Of a stretch of DNA of 64,000 nt, positions 9,407 through 18,961 are shown piece after piece. The notes under the pieces are model-generated. The model did not search any database, was not told where the DNA came from, and was given only the letters and a program-made list of their open reading frames with translations. The translations under genes and the position numbers were made by a program. This DNA is from Candidatus Moraniibacteriota bacterium (GTDB lineage: Bacteria > Patescibacteriota > Minisyncoccia > Moranbacterales > UBA2206). The DNA lies in assembly GCA_049303905.1 (NCBI GenBank), contig JBAQNP010000005.1, positions 61,655 to 125,654 of the forward strand, written 5' to 3'. Positions within the stretch are counted from its first letter, which is position 1. The number at the start of each line of letters is the position of its first letter.

Positions 9407-9693
9407 AGTATTTTATTTAATATTTAATTATTCTTATTATTAATATAAAGTTATTACTATTATTAGGGTGGTTGATAATTGGGGATAAGTAGTAATTTTG
9501 TTTTATATAAGCTAAAATATATGTGGATAAAGACTGAATAAGTGTTTATAGGGAGTGTTTTTTAAGCGGGATAATTGAAGGGTGAAAAATATATTTTAGA
9601 ACCCTTTCAATTTAGAAACAGGTTTTTTAATGTTTTAAGCACAGAGTTATTATAGTCTTTTTAAAGTGTTTTTCCACAGTTTATACACTTTTA
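9407..9693. promoter_or_regulatory. Candidate oriC: the dnaA-dnaN intergenic region, with DnaA boxes and an AT-rich unwinding element
   Basis: Perfect DnaA box TGTGGATAA at 9522-9530. Variants TTTTCCACA at 9676-9684 and TTATACAC at ~9688. An 80% AT stretch at 9410-9470. Confidence 0.5.
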
Positions 9694-11073
9694 TTAATTT
9701 ACTGCATATAAAAGATCTTTTAAATGAGTGATTTCTTCTTCGAGCCTTTCATCTATTTTAATTTCTTTGGAAATTTTTTCATAAGCATGCATAGCTGTAG
9801 TATGATCGCGACCACCTAATTTATCACCAATTCCTGGGTAAGAGAAAGAAAGTTCAGTTCGCATAAGAAACATCGCTATTTGACGAGGCTTTACCACCTC
9901 TTGTTTTCTGTTTTTAGCTACTAAATCATCTGGGGATATTTCATAAAAATCAGAAACAGCCTTAATAATATGTTTATGATTAATGCCTTTTTTCTTACCA
10001 CTAGAGATAATATCAGACAGAATTTGCTTTGTATAAGCTGAATCTAGTGATTTTTTGGTTAATTGAGCGCTTACAGATACACGATTTAGCGCACCTTCTA
10101 GCTCGCGAATATTGTTTTTAATGTTAGTGGCAATAAATTCTAGAGCCTCTTCGGTTATTTCTACTCCATTTTGAGCGGCTTTTATTTTTAAAATAGCTAG
10201 TCTAGTCTCAAGATCTGGCTTAGAAACATCTGCAATCATCCCACCTTCAAAGCGCGAACGCAGTCTTTCCTCAAGAATTTGAATGGCTTTAGGAGCGCGA
10301 TCGCTAGAAAGAACTATTTGCTTATTGAGCTGGTAAAGATAATTAAAAATATGGAAAAATTCCTCCTGAGTCTTCTCTTTTCCGGAGATAAATTGGATAT
10401 CATCAATAATAAGCAGGTCTATTTTTTGATAATATTCCTTAAATTCCTGAATTCTTTGATTTTTTATAGAATCTATTAAATCACTCGTGAATCTTTCGGA
10501 AGAAATGTATTTGACTCGAGTCTGAGGATTTATTTTTAGCGCCTCATTACCAATAGATTGAATGAGATGGGTTTTTCCTAATCCTACGCCACCATAAATA
10601 AAAAGTGGATTATAGACATTTCCTAGGCTCTTTGAGACAGCATAGCAAGCAGCTCGAGCTAATTCATTACTTCCTCCGATAACAAAATTATCAAAGATAT
10701 ATTTTGGGTTTAAATTACTTTCTTGGCCTATTGGTGGCTTTTTTTCATAAAAAATAGGTGATTTTTTGGGAGCTGAAACAGCATCGACGGTTATTTCTTT
10801 GTTTATTTTGGGAAAAGATTGGGTTGGACCGGAGGAAATCAAGCAAGAAACTGACTTTATATCATCCTGAATATTTTTCAAGGCTCTTAAAATATACAGA
10901 TCGTACTTATTTTCGAGCCATTCTTTAGCAAAGCCATTTGGCACGCCAATAACCACATGGCCGTCCTTAAGGGAAAGAATAGAGGTGTTTTTAAACCAAG
11001 TGATAAAATTAGCCTTAGAAATAGAAAGTTCTATTTCTCCTAGGGCTGTTTGCCAAAGTTCCTCGTTGGTCAT
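9694..11073 (-). CDS. dnaA: Chromosomal replication initiator protein DnaA
   Basis: Walker A GGVGLGKTHL. IIDDIQF box. Sensor and DNA-binding domain (RPRQIAMFLMRTEL…GGRDHTTAMHA). Start placed at the internal Met (MTNEELW) rather than at the ORF-track start. Confidence 0.9.
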   Translation of the reverse strand: MTNEELWQTALGEIELSISKANFITWFKNTSILSLKDGHVVIGVPNGFAKEWLENKYDLYILRALKNIQDDIKSVSCLISSGPTQSFPKINKEITVDAVSAPKKSPIFYEKKPPIGQESNLNPKYIFDNFVIGGSNELARAACYAVSKSLGNVYNPLFIYGGVGLGKTHLIQSIGNEALKINPQTRVKYISSERFTSDLIDSIKNQRIQEFKEYYQKIDLLIIDDIQFISGKEKTQEEFFHIFNYLYQLNKQIVLSSDRAPKAIQILEERLRSRFEGGMIADVSKPDLETRLAILKIKAAQNGVEITEEALEFIATNIKNNIRELEGALNRVSVSAQLTKKSLDSAYTKQILSDIISSGKKKGINHKHIIKAVSDFYEISPDDLVAKNRKQEVVKPRQIAMFLMRTELSFSYPGIGDKLGGRDHTTAMHAYEKISKEIKIDERLEEEITHLKDLLYAVN

Positions 11074-11162
11074 TTTGTTGGTTAAGTTAATAAAGAAAGT
11101 TTTACTAAAAAAAGTATAACACAACTGAAAAATCTAGTCTAAGAAAAAAGGGGATAAAGGTG

Positions 11163-11192
11163 TTGACAACATGTGGATGACTATAATTAAAT
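11163..11192 (+). promoter_or_regulatory. Possible sigma70-like promoter overlapped by a DnaA-box variant, in the dnaA/rpmH divergent region
   Basis: TTGACA is followed by TGTGGATGA and then TATAAT-like hexamers. Spacing is uncertain. Confidence 0.25.
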
Positions 11193-11221
11193 ATATAATA
11201 CAAAACAAAAAGAAATGCAAG

Positions 11222-11340
11222 TTTATCCCCCACCACTTCCGGGGCAAGGTTTTTTATAGGCAAAAATTTGATGCAAAGCATCGGCTACGCCTCTATTTTT
11301 ACCCCACAACAATCTTTTTGTAGAAGTGGTGGGGGATAAA
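11222..11340. repeat. Perfect 18-bp inverted repeat (TTTATCCCCCACCACTTC / GAAGTGGTGGGGGATAAA) flanking an 83-bp spacer; first copy of the C-rich palindromic element
   Basis: Read directly from the sequence. A second copy with the same ATCCCCCACCACTT core lies at 34647-34761. Confidence 0.8.
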
Positions 11341-11397
11341 TTGACTTTTTGCCTTTTAACTGGTAGAATTTTAAATGAATTAACTAATAATAATAAA

Positions 11398-11532
11398 ATG
11401 AGCGTAACATACCAACCAAAAGCAGGCCGAAGAAAAAAAAGACACGGTTTTATCGAAAGAAACAGCACTAAAAACGGAAAAGCCGTCCTAAAAAGAAGAA
11501 GACAGGCTGGTCGAAAAAAACTATCCGTCTAA
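11398..11532 (+). CDS. rpmH: 50S ribosomal protein L34
   Basis: [18 protein letters not shown]…[19 protein letters not shown] is the L34 consensus. The longer ORF-track version begins inside the palindromic repeat (MVGDKL) and is an artefact. Confidence 0.9.
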   Translation: MSVTYQPKAGRRKKRHGFIERNSTKNGKAVLKRRRQAGRKKLSV

Positions 11533-11542
11533 ATATAGTCCT

Positions 11543-11917
11543 ATGCTTCCCCGTAAAAACAGACTTATTCAGAAAAAAGATTTTGAGGTAATTAGTCGCA
11601 CAGGTACCTTTTTTTCTTTTGGGGAAGTTTTTTTGAGGATAAGGAGGAATAATAGTGAAGAAACTAGAATAGGTTTTTCTGTTGGAATTAAGTTTTCTCC
11701 TAAAGCAGTGGAAAGAAATAAGGCTAAGCGACAGTTGCGAGAAATATTTAGGAAAAATATAAAAAACATAGAAAAAGGCTTAGATATAATGGTTTCCCTT
11801 AAAAAAAGCAATAAAAAAGAATTTTCAAGTAATGATTTAGAGCAAGATGTTTTGGCAGTATTAAAAAAAAGCAAAATTAATATAATTAATCTTTATAAAT
11901 TTCTAAAACACATATGA
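11543..11917 (+). CDS. rnpA: RNase P protein component
   Basis: MLPRKNRL…FGEVFLRI…RIGFSVGIKFSPKAVERNKAKRQLRE is the classic RnpA sequence. The rpmH-rnpA-yidC arrangement is conserved. Confidence 0.9.
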   Translation: MLPRKNRLIQKKDFEVISRTGTFFSFGEVFLRIRRNNSEETRIGFSVGIKFSPKAVERNKAKRQLREIFRKNIKNIEKGLDIMVSLKKSNKKEFSSNDLEQDVLAVLKKSKINIINLYKFLKHI

Positions 11918-12675
11918 TATCTTTTTTATTTGGGGAAACTGTTTATAGGCCGATTTATAACTTTCTTATTTTTGTTTATAATATTATCCCGCTACATGAT
12001 TTTGGTGTGGCAATTATTGTGGTAACCTTGGTTTTGAAGTTTCTTTTGATTCCACTCAGCAAAAAACAAATTCAATCACAGAAAAAAATGCAAGAAATGC
12101 AACCAAAAATCAAAGAAATTCAAGAAAAACACAAAAATGATAAGGAAAAACAAAGCCGAGCCTTGATGGAATTTTATAAAACAAACAAAACTAACCCATT
12201 TTCCGGTTGTTTGCCAACAATTTTCCAGCTTATTTTTCTAATTGCTATTTATCAAGTATTATTTAATATTTCTAAAGCAGGACTATTAGTAGATCCAAAA
12301 GAGTTATATTCATTTATTCCAAATCCGGGGCAAATTAATCAATATTTTTTAGGAATTATTGATCTTTCAAAAACTATTAATTTAAGTCAGATAGATATCC
12401 GGGTTGTTCCCCAGATAATTCTTATCATTTTGGCGGCATTGGCTCAATATGTGCAAATAAAAATGATGACGCCTAAAATGAACATACAAAATAAAAAATC
12501 AGAGCCGGATATGTCGCAGATAATGTCAAAACAAATGATGTACCTTGGGCCTCTTCTAACTTTATTTATCGGCATAAAGTTTCCGGCTGGACTGGCTCTC
12601 TATTGGCTTGTTTCGACGATTTTTGCTATAATTCAGCAGACGAAAGTGTTAGAAAAGGAAAAGACTAATAGTTAA
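11914..12675 (+). CDS. yidC: Membrane protein insertase YidC (short form)
   Basis: 253 aa with multiple TM segments. The conserved GCLPTIFQL… motif is present. Synteny fits. Confidence 0.8.
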   Translation: MISFLFGETVYRPIYNFLIFVYNIIPLHDFGVAIIVVTLVLKFLLIPLSKKQIQSQKKMQEMQPKIKEIQEKHKNDKEKQSRALMEFYKTNKTNPFSGCLPTIFQLIFLIAIYQVLFNISKAGLLVDPKELYSFIPNPGQINQYFLGIIDLSKTINLSQIDIRVVPQIILIILAALAQYVQIKMMTPKMNIQNKKSEPDMSQIMSKQMMYLGPLLTLFIGIKFPAGLALYWLVSTIFAIIQQTKVLEKEKTNS

Positions 12676-12689
12676 TATTTTTAAATAAT

Positions 12690-13178
12690 ATGGAAAACGA
12701 GAATATAACGTCCGAAATAAAGGAAGAAATAAAAAAAGCTATTGAAGAATTAGTTCTGAAAATGGGATTTTTTTGTGAGGTTGAAATTATAGAAACTCAA
12801 AACCAAGAGCAGGAAGAATTAGTCTTTAATATTAAAACACAAGAGTCAAGTTATTTAATCGGACAATATGGAGTAAATCTTCAGGCTTTGCAACATATGG
12901 CCAGAATAATTTTTCGTGGAAAAACCGAAAATAAAGCCAATTTTACCCTAGACGTTAACTCTTATCGACAAGAAAAAAATGAATCTGTTTTTGCTCTAGC
13001 AAAAAATATGTCCGAAACAGCTCTTCGGGAGGGGCGTGCGGTGGTTATGCGTCCAATGTCACCATATGAAAGACGACTTGTGCATATGGAACTGGCTAAA
13101 AATGACCAAATTAAAACTGAAAGTATCGGCGAAGGAGAAGATCGAAGAGTGGTCATCAAACCAGCTAGCCTTGCCTAG
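12690..13178 (+). CDS. Jag/KhpB R3H-domain RNA-binding protein
   Basis: The C-terminal R3H region (MSPYERRLVHMELAK…DRRVVIKP) matches. It lies downstream of yidC. Confidence 0.75.
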   Translation: MENENITSEIKEEIKKAIEELVLKMGFFCEVEIIETQNQEQEELVFNIKTQESSYLIGQYGVNLQALQHMARIIFRGKTENKANFTLDVNSYRQEKNESVFALAKNMSETALREGRAVVMRPMSPYERRLVHMELAKNDQIKTESIGEGEDRRVVIKPASLA

Positions 13179-13388
13179 TTCTTGCGAAGCATTAATCAAA
13201 TAGAGACACAGAGTCACTAAAGAATTAAATTTTTTTCAAAATTAAACTCGAACTCTTAATTTTATAACCAAAAATTGCCCTCAATCGACGGCTGCCAATG
13301 GAAATTTTTGGATAAAATTCGAGCTCTTAAACAAAAATTTTGTAAAAAAATTAATTCTTTAGTAGTTTGAATATAATTTTTAGAATTA

Positions 13389-13432
13389 TTCGTAGATTAG
13401 TATATTTGTATTTGATTAGTAATTCGTAAGTA
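13389..13432. repeat. ATTCGTA/TACGAAT-containing intergenic repeat; one member of a dispersed family
   Basis: attcgtagattagtatatttgtatttgattagtaattcgtaag. Related copies sit at 48551-48595 and 61014-61060 (reverse complement). Confidence 0.6.
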
Positions 13433-13433
13433 T

Positions 13434-14855
13434 ATGGTTATAGCAAGAAAAATAGCGTATAACGTTCTGGTTAGTAGTTTTTCTAAAGTTCTCTCGACTA
13501 TTTTAGCGCTACTTTCTATTGGATTAATTACGAGATATCTTGGACAAGAGGGTTTTGGAAATTATGCCACCGTGTTGGCGTTTTTATCTTTTTTCACCGC
13601 CATTGCTGATCTTGGGCTTTATTCTACTGTTACTCGAGAAATTTCTCGTGAAGGGGCGGACGAAAAGAAAATTATTGGTAATGTTTTTGCTTTGCGATTG
13701 GGAATTTCTTTTATTGTTATGCTACTGGCGCCTGTAATTGTTTTTTTCTTTCCTTATCCGACGGAGGTTAAACAAGCAATTATGATAGTGGCGTTGTCCT
13801 TTCTTTTTTCTTCATCCTATCAAGTATTAAATGGGGTGTTTCAAAAAAACCTTGCCATGGACAAAGTGGCAATTTCTGAATTAACCGGGAAAATTATTCA
13901 GGTGCTGTTTGTTTTTTGTGCTATAAAACTTAACCTGAGTTTTCTTTGGATCATGGCTTCACTTCTGTTTAATATGATGATTAGTTTTTCTTTAATATAT
14001 CTTTTTTCTAAGAAATATATTTCTTTTTCTCTTAAATTTGATCTAATTTATTGGAAGAAATTTATAAAAGAATCTTATCCCTTGGGAATTGCTGCGATTA
14101 TTAGTTTTGTTTATTTTAAAATTGACACGATCCTTTTATCAGTTTTGAAAACTAGCGCGGAAGTTGGAATATATAACGTGGCCTATAAGGTGATCGAAAA
14201 CATCATTTTTTTTCCAGCTATGATAGTCGGGTTGGTTTTTCCAATTATATCGAAAAACATTTTTTCTGATCAAGCACGTTTTTGGGATATTTCTAATAAA
14301 ACTTTTAAGGTTTTTTGGCTTTTTGTTATCCCCTTGATTGTGGGTACGATGTTTCTTTCAGATGGAATTGTTGAGCTCATTGGAGGGAAGGGATTTTTTG
14401 CTTCAGGAATAGTTCTTCGTATTCTGGTTTTTTCTTTGGTGTGTATGTTTTTTAGTAATTTATTTAATGTCATTTTAATTTCTGGCAACAAGCAAAAAAA
14501 ATTAATGACAGTTATGATTTTAGCCGCCATTTTTAATGTAGGGGCTAATCTAATTTTTATCCCGATTTATTCTTATATAGCATCGGCAATAATTTCTGTG
14601 ACAACGGAACTTTTTGTGACCATAGCTACGCTTTATATTATAATTAAGGATCTAAAATATTTTCCCAAAGTGGAAAAATTTTGGGCGATTGTTTTTTCTG
14701 GCGTGGTGATGGCAATTTATTTTTTCGCCTTTTCTAAAATTAACTTTTTTCTCTTAGCTTTTTCTGGGACGGCCGTCTATGCTTTGGCTATCTGGTTATC
14801 AAAAGCAGTTGAGATCAAGGAAATTGCTAGTATAATTAGCAAAAATACAAAATGA
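13434..14855 (+). CDS. Polysaccharide/oligosaccharide flippase of the Wzx-like MOP superfamily
   Basis: 473 aa with ~12-14 TM helices, at the head of a glycosyltransferase / O-antigen-ligase cluster. Confidence 0.65.
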   Translation: MVIARKIAYNVLVSSFSKVLSTILALLSIGLITRYLGQEGFGNYATVLAFLSFFTAIADLGLYSTVTREISREGADEKKIIGNVFALRLGISFIVMLLAPVIVFFFPYPTEVKQAIMIVALSFLFSSSYQVLNGVFQKNLAMDKVAISELTGKIIQVLFVFCAIKLNLSFLWIMASLLFNMMISFSLIYLFSKKYISFSLKFDLIYWKKFIKESYPLGIAAIISFVYFKIDTILLSVLKTSAEVGIYNVAYKVIENIIFFPAMIVGLVFPIISKNIFSDQARFWDISNKTFKVFWLFVIPLIVGTMFLSDGIVELIGGKGFFASGIVLRILVFSLVCMFFSNLFNVILISGNKQKKLMTVMILAAIFNVGANLIFIPIYSYIASAIISVTTELFVTIATLYIIIKDLKYFPKVEKFWAIVFSGVVMAIYFFAFSKINFFLLAFSGTAVYALAIWLSKAVEIKEIASIISKNTK

Positions 14856-15709
14856 GCACACCTAAGGTTTTCATAATAATTCTAAATTATAACGGGCAAA
14901 ACTTTTTGAAAAAAACACTCGCCAGTGTTTTTCAGGTGGATTATCCAAATTTTGAAATAGTTTTAGTGGATAATAATTCCAAGGACGGATCTTTTGAAGA
15001 GGCGCGCAGAGTTTTCCCAAAAATAGCTTGCATAAAAAACAGCGAAAATCTTGGTTTTTCTGCTGGCAACAATATTGGAATTGAATATGCGCTGGAGCGC
15101 TTGGCGGATTATATTTTACTTTTAAATTATGATACAACAGTTAGGAAAAATTTCCTTCGACCACTAGTTGATCTTATGGAGGGTGATGAAAAAACTGGAA
15201 TTAGTAGCCCGGTGATTTTTGAAGGAGAAAGTTCTAATATTTGGTTTTCAGGAGGAAAAATTGATTGGTTTAAAATGAAAACAGAACACAAAAAAGAATC
15301 TATAAAAGAAAATAATTTTCAATCAGATTATATTGCCGGTTGCGCTATGATGATCAAAAAAGAAGTTTTCAAAAAAATAGGTCTTTTAGATGAAGATTAT
15401 TTTTTATATTGGGAAGACGCAGATTTTAGTGTCCGAGCTAAAAGGGCTGGATATAAATTAGCAGTTTGCGCGCGCAGTCAGATCAGCCATTTGGAAAAAA
15501 GCCAAGAAAAAAAAGCTAACAAAATTTATTGGCTGGTGCTGTCAGGGCTGATTTTTTTCAAAAAAAACTCACCTACCTATTTGCAACCGTGGATTTTTTT
15601 CTATGTTTTATTGCGTAAGATAAAAAATAAAAGAGATATAAAGCGCCAAAAAACTTCATTCAATGAGTCAGTGCAAAAAGCATATAGAGATTTTAAAAAA
15701 GTAAGTTAA
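14852..15709 (+). CDS. Family 2 glycosyltransferase
   Basis: N-terminal VFIIILNYNGQNFL…VDNNSKDGS and the DxD region are typical of GT2. Confidence 0.75.
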   Translation: MSTPKVFIIILNYNGQNFLKKTLASVFQVDYPNFEIVLVDNNSKDGSFEEARRVFPKIACIKNSENLGFSAGNNIGIEYALERLADYILLLNYDTTVRKNFLRPLVDLMEGDEKTGISSPVIFEGESSNIWFSGGKIDWFKMKTEHKKESIKENNFQSDYIAGCAMMIKKEVFKKIGLLDEDYFLYWEDADFSVRAKRAGYKLAVCARSQISHLEKSQEKKANKIYWLVLSGLIFFKKNSPTYLQPWIFFYVLLRKIKNKRDIKRQKTSFNESVQKAYRDFKKVS

Positions 15710-15712
15710 TTT

Positions 15713-16450
15713 TTGATGATCTCCATTATAATTGTTAACTATCGCAGTAAGACATATTTAGATAAGTGTTTGTTTTCAATAGACAAGCATTCTTTTAATG
15801 AGGACTTAGAAATTATTGTGATTAACAATGATCAAAAAGAAAAATTGATGGATTTGGTTGAAAGATATCCTAGAGTCAAGCTATATCAAAATAAAAAAAA
15901 TATGGGATTTGGCGCTGCTTGTAATTTTGGAGCACGAAAGGCGCAAGGAGAAAAGCTTCTCTTTTTAAATCCCGACACTCAATTTCTAAATAATTATATA
16001 AGAGAAATTTTAATTAAAATACAAAAATATCAGAATGTTGCCATAATAGGCCCGAGATTAATAACGGACGAAGGAAAAACGCAAGAATGGAGTACTGGTA
16101 AAGAAACAAATTTTATTCAAATAATAAAAAATAATTTATGGATGACGGAAAGTCGTTATTTTTGGGAAAGTAAAAATGATATTTTTGTCGATTGGGTGAG
16201 TGGAGCGGCAATGTTTATCAAAAAAGATGTTTTTGATAAAATAGGTGGGTTTGATGAAAAATTTTTCATGTATGGAGAGGACATGGATTTGTGTGCTCAA
16301 GCAAGAGAGTTAGGATATGATATTTTATATTCTCCAGAACTTACAATATTGCACAGTGGAGGGAAAAGTCGGAAAAGCTTAATTAAGCAAAAAATTCAAT
16401 TTTTTAAATCATCTCTCTACTATTTAGCGAAAAGACGGCTTAAAAAATAA
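15713..16450 (+). CDS. Family 2 glycosyltransferase
   Basis: ISIIIVNYRS…IVINNDQ… fits the GT2 fold. It is adjacent to the other GT2 gene. Confidence 0.7.
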   Translation: MMISIIIVNYRSKTYLDKCLFSIDKHSFNEDLEIIVINNDQKEKLMDLVERYPRVKLYQNKKNMGFGAACNFGARKAQGEKLLFLNPDTQFLNNYIREILIKIQKYQNVAIIGPRLITDEGKTQEWSTGKETNFIQIIKNNLWMTESRYFWESKNDIFVDWVSGAAMFIKKDVFDKIGGFDEKFFMYGEDMDLCAQARELGYDILYSPELTILHSGGKSRKSLIKQKIQFFKSSLYYLAKRRLKK

Positions 16451-16454
16451 AACA

Positions 16455-17708
16455 ATGTTATTTAATTTTTTCTTATTATTATGTTTTTACCTACCTTTTC
16501 AAATTGCGCTTAATCCAACGCAGGGTGTTGATTTGGCTTCGAGTAGAATTTTTATTTTAATCCTATTCTTTTTTTGGGCTTATGATAAGATAAAAAATAA
16601 GAAAAAAATAATTTTTAATACTCAAGCAAAAGCAATTCTAGTTCTTCTTTTCTTGAGTTGTGTTTCTTTGTTTTTTGCTCAAAATTATCTTTGGTCGGCA
16701 AGAAAACTAGCTTATTTATTTTCCATTTTTCCGCTTTATTTTGTGGCGAAAGATATTCTAACCAGCAGAGAAAGGATGATAAAAACCTTAACGGTTTTGG
16801 TTTTATCAGCTTCTTTAGCTTCTATCATTGGAATTATCCAATTTTCTTCGCAATTTTTTTGGAGCCACGAAGAAATTTCAAATTTCTATTTAAATTTTAT
16901 CGGACCAATTTTCTGGGGAGAAAATTTGGCACAAATGGTGGCAAGATATCCAAGTTTTTTAGTAGGGGTCTCTGGGCAGAATTATTTTCGCTCAATTGCC
17001 GTCTTCCCAGATCCTCATGCTTTCTCGCTATTTTTGGGAATGGTGCTACCGTTTTCTGTGATACTGTTTTTTAGCTCAAAAAAGAAAATTCTGTGGGTAT
17101 TTTCTTTTGGAGTTATTTTTGTGGCAAATATCTTGACTTTCTCGCGTGGTGGGTATGTGGCAATAGCTATGGGATTGGCAATATTTATTTTTGTTTTCTG
17201 GAAAAGAATGATTTGGAAACATAGGATAGTATCGAGTTTGATGGTGATATTTTTTATTTTAATGTTTTCGGTTCCTGGGCCAGTTTCACAGAGATTTGTT
17301 TCAAGTTTTGATTCATATGAAGGTTCGAATATGGGAAGAATCGCAATGTGGCAAAAATCATGGGAAATAATCCAGAAGAAGCCATTTTTTGGCACAGGGA
17401 TTGGCAACTTTTCTCTAGAGGTGGATAATGAAATAAATTATAGGAATCCAATCTATGCCCACAATACGTATCTAGACATTGCAGTTGAAACGGGAATACT
17501 ATCTGGTTTAGTGTGGATATTTGTTTCGCTTATAACATTTTGGAATTTTTGGGTTTTTTCTAAAAAAGATATGATATATAGTGGATTTTTCACAAGCCTA
17601 GCTGTTTTTTCTGTTCATTCCCTGGTTGAAACTGGTCTTTATTCTCCTATTATCCTTGCTTTATTTCTAGTCACTATTAGTTTTTATCCGAAATATGAAA
17701 AAAAATAA
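16455..17708 (+). CDS. O-antigen ligase / polymerase (Wzy_C) family membrane protein
   Basis: Polytopic. Wzy_C hallmarks are FSRGGYVAIAMG and AHNTYLDIAVETG. Confidence 0.7.
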   Translation: MLFNFFLLLCFYLPFQIALNPTQGVDLASSRIFILILFFFWAYDKIKNKKKIIFNTQAKAILVLLFLSCVSLFFAQNYLWSARKLAYLFSIFPLYFVAKDILTSRERMIKTLTVLVLSASLASIIGIIQFSSQFFWSHEEISNFYLNFIGPIFWGENLAQMVARYPSFLVGVSGQNYFRSIAVFPDPHAFSLFLGMVLPFSVILFFSSKKKILWVFSFGVIFVANILTFSRGGYVAIAMGLAIFIFVFWKRMIWKHRIVSSLMVIFFILMFSVPGPVSQRFVSSFDSYEGSNMGRIAMWQKSWEIIQKKPFFGTGIGNFSLEVDNEINYRNPIYAHNTYLDIAVETGILSGLVWIFVSLITFWNFWVFSKKDMIYSGFFTSLAVFSVHSLVETGLYSPIILALFLVTISFYPKYEKK

Positions 17709-18843
17709 AATATTAGAAAACTTAATTTATTTGGCAATATTTTTTATCCCGCTTTATTTAGTGAAGATTAGAATGGGGTTTTTGCCGACGAATATTTTAG
17801 AAATAATGATCGGAGCAATTTTTTTGCTCTGGGTTTTTAGTGATAAGAAGAAAATAAAAGTCAGAAAGTTTTTTGTTGGATATAAAAAGTATATTATTTT
17901 TGGCGGAATGATGTTTTCGGGAATTTTACTTTCAACTTTTTTTAGCGGAAACCAATTGCAATCGTGGGGAATAATAAAAAGTTGGTTTTTGATGCCACTA
18001 GCTTTATTTTTTCTTGCTTGGAATATAATAGAAAAAGAAAAAATAAAAAATGTTTTTTTAGTATATTTCTTTTCGGCAATTGCGGTGGCAATTATTTCCT
18101 TAGGATATTTTATATTAAATCAATTAACTTACGATGGACGATTAGCTGGGATATTTAACTCTCCAAATTATCTAGCTATGTATTTAGCGCCGGCAATTAT
18201 AATCGCGCTAGCTCAAGCCAAAAGCTTTAGAATCTTTATAGGTCTAATTTTTATTTTAATTGCTTTTTATTTCACTTATTCCTATGCAGCTTGGGCTTCA
18301 GTTGTTGCTACTTTTATAATTATAATGTTTATCAAAAAAAACATTTCTTTCAAAAAAATAGCCTTAATCAGTATTACAACCTTACTGCTTTTATTTTCTC
18401 AATTAAACAATAAAAAATTCACGGATTTATTAGTAAATGACCAGCGCTCATCCTTGGCTTCTCGCATAATGATCTGGAAAGCTTCGGAAAAAATGATTGA
18501 GGATAGTTTTGTTTTTGGTATCGGGCCAGGTAATTTTCAAAAAATGTATTTAGAATATCAAAAATTTTATCCGCCATATTTAGAATGGGCGGTGCCACAT
18601 CCAAATAATTTATATTTAACCTGGTGGCTTTATGGCGGGATATTAGGCTTGATGGGTTTTTTAGGTTTGGCATTCTCATTTTTGCGAGATATCTTTAAGA
18701 GATCAAAAAAAGAGCCTAGACAGGTTCTTTTTGTGGCTCTCGGTATAATGCTAGTCATTCTAAGTCACGGAATTTTTGACACAACTTACTTCAAAAATGA
18801 TTTAGCAATTGTTTTTTGGTTGAATTTTTTAGTTCTAAAATAG
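17695..18843 (+). CDS. Second O-antigen ligase (Wzy_C) family membrane protein
   Basis: Polytopic. HPNNLYLTWWLYGGILG is a Wzy_C-like motif. Paralogous to the upstream gene. Confidence 0.6.
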   Translation: MKKNKILENLIYLAIFFIPLYLVKIRMGFLPTNILEIMIGAIFLLWVFSDKKKIKVRKFFVGYKKYIIFGGMMFSGILLSTFFSGNQLQSWGIIKSWFLMPLALFFLAWNIIEKEKIKNVFLVYFFSAIAVAIISLGYFILNQLTYDGRLAGIFNSPNYLAMYLAPAIIIALAQAKSFRIFIGLIFILIAFYFTYSYAAWASVVATFIIIMFIKKNISFKKIALISITTLLLLFSQLNNKKFTDLLVNDQRSSLASRIMIWKASEKMIEDSFVFGIGPGNFQKMYLEYQKFYPPYLEWAVPHPNNLYLTWWLYGGILGLMGFLGLAFSFLRDIFKRSKKEPRQVLFVALGIMLVILSHGIFDTTYFKNDLAIVFWLNFLVLK

Positions 18844-18853
18844 TTCCTTTCTC

Positions 18854-18955
18854 TGTCATTCCTGCGAAAGCAGGAATCTAGTGTAGAAACTTAGTGATTT
18901 GAGACTGGATTCCTGCTTTCGCAGGAATGACAATATACACAAGCCCTTCAGGAGG
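18854..18955. terminator. Cluster of GC-rich hairpins between convergent genes (bidirectional terminators)
   Basis: ATTCCTGCGAAAGCAGGAAT and ATTCCTGCTTTCGCAGGAAT together form an outer TGTCAT…ATGACA inverted repeat. A third hairpin is AGCCCTTCAGGAGGGCT. Confidence 0.6.
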
Positions 18956-18961
18956 GCTAAA

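Noticed and set aside
11326-11397. The 5' extension of the rpmH ORF that begins MVGDKL…
   Set aside because: The extension is translated from the palindromic repeat arm. The same spurious MVGDKL start appears on the 33565-34662 ORF. The true L34 begins at MSVTYQP (11398).
11223-11468. 81-aa minus-strand ORF overlapping the palindromic repeat and lying antisense to rpmH
   Set aside because: It is composed of the reverse complement of the inverted-repeat element plus antisense L34 sequence. It has no sensible protein features. rpmH on the other strand is a strong call.
16658-17451. Several ORFs (138, 130 and 65 aa) in alternative frames or antisense within the O-antigen-ligase gene
   Set aside because: They overlap a polytopic membrane-protein CDS with consistent hydrophobicity periodicity. 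They are probably shadows in this AT-rich sequence.
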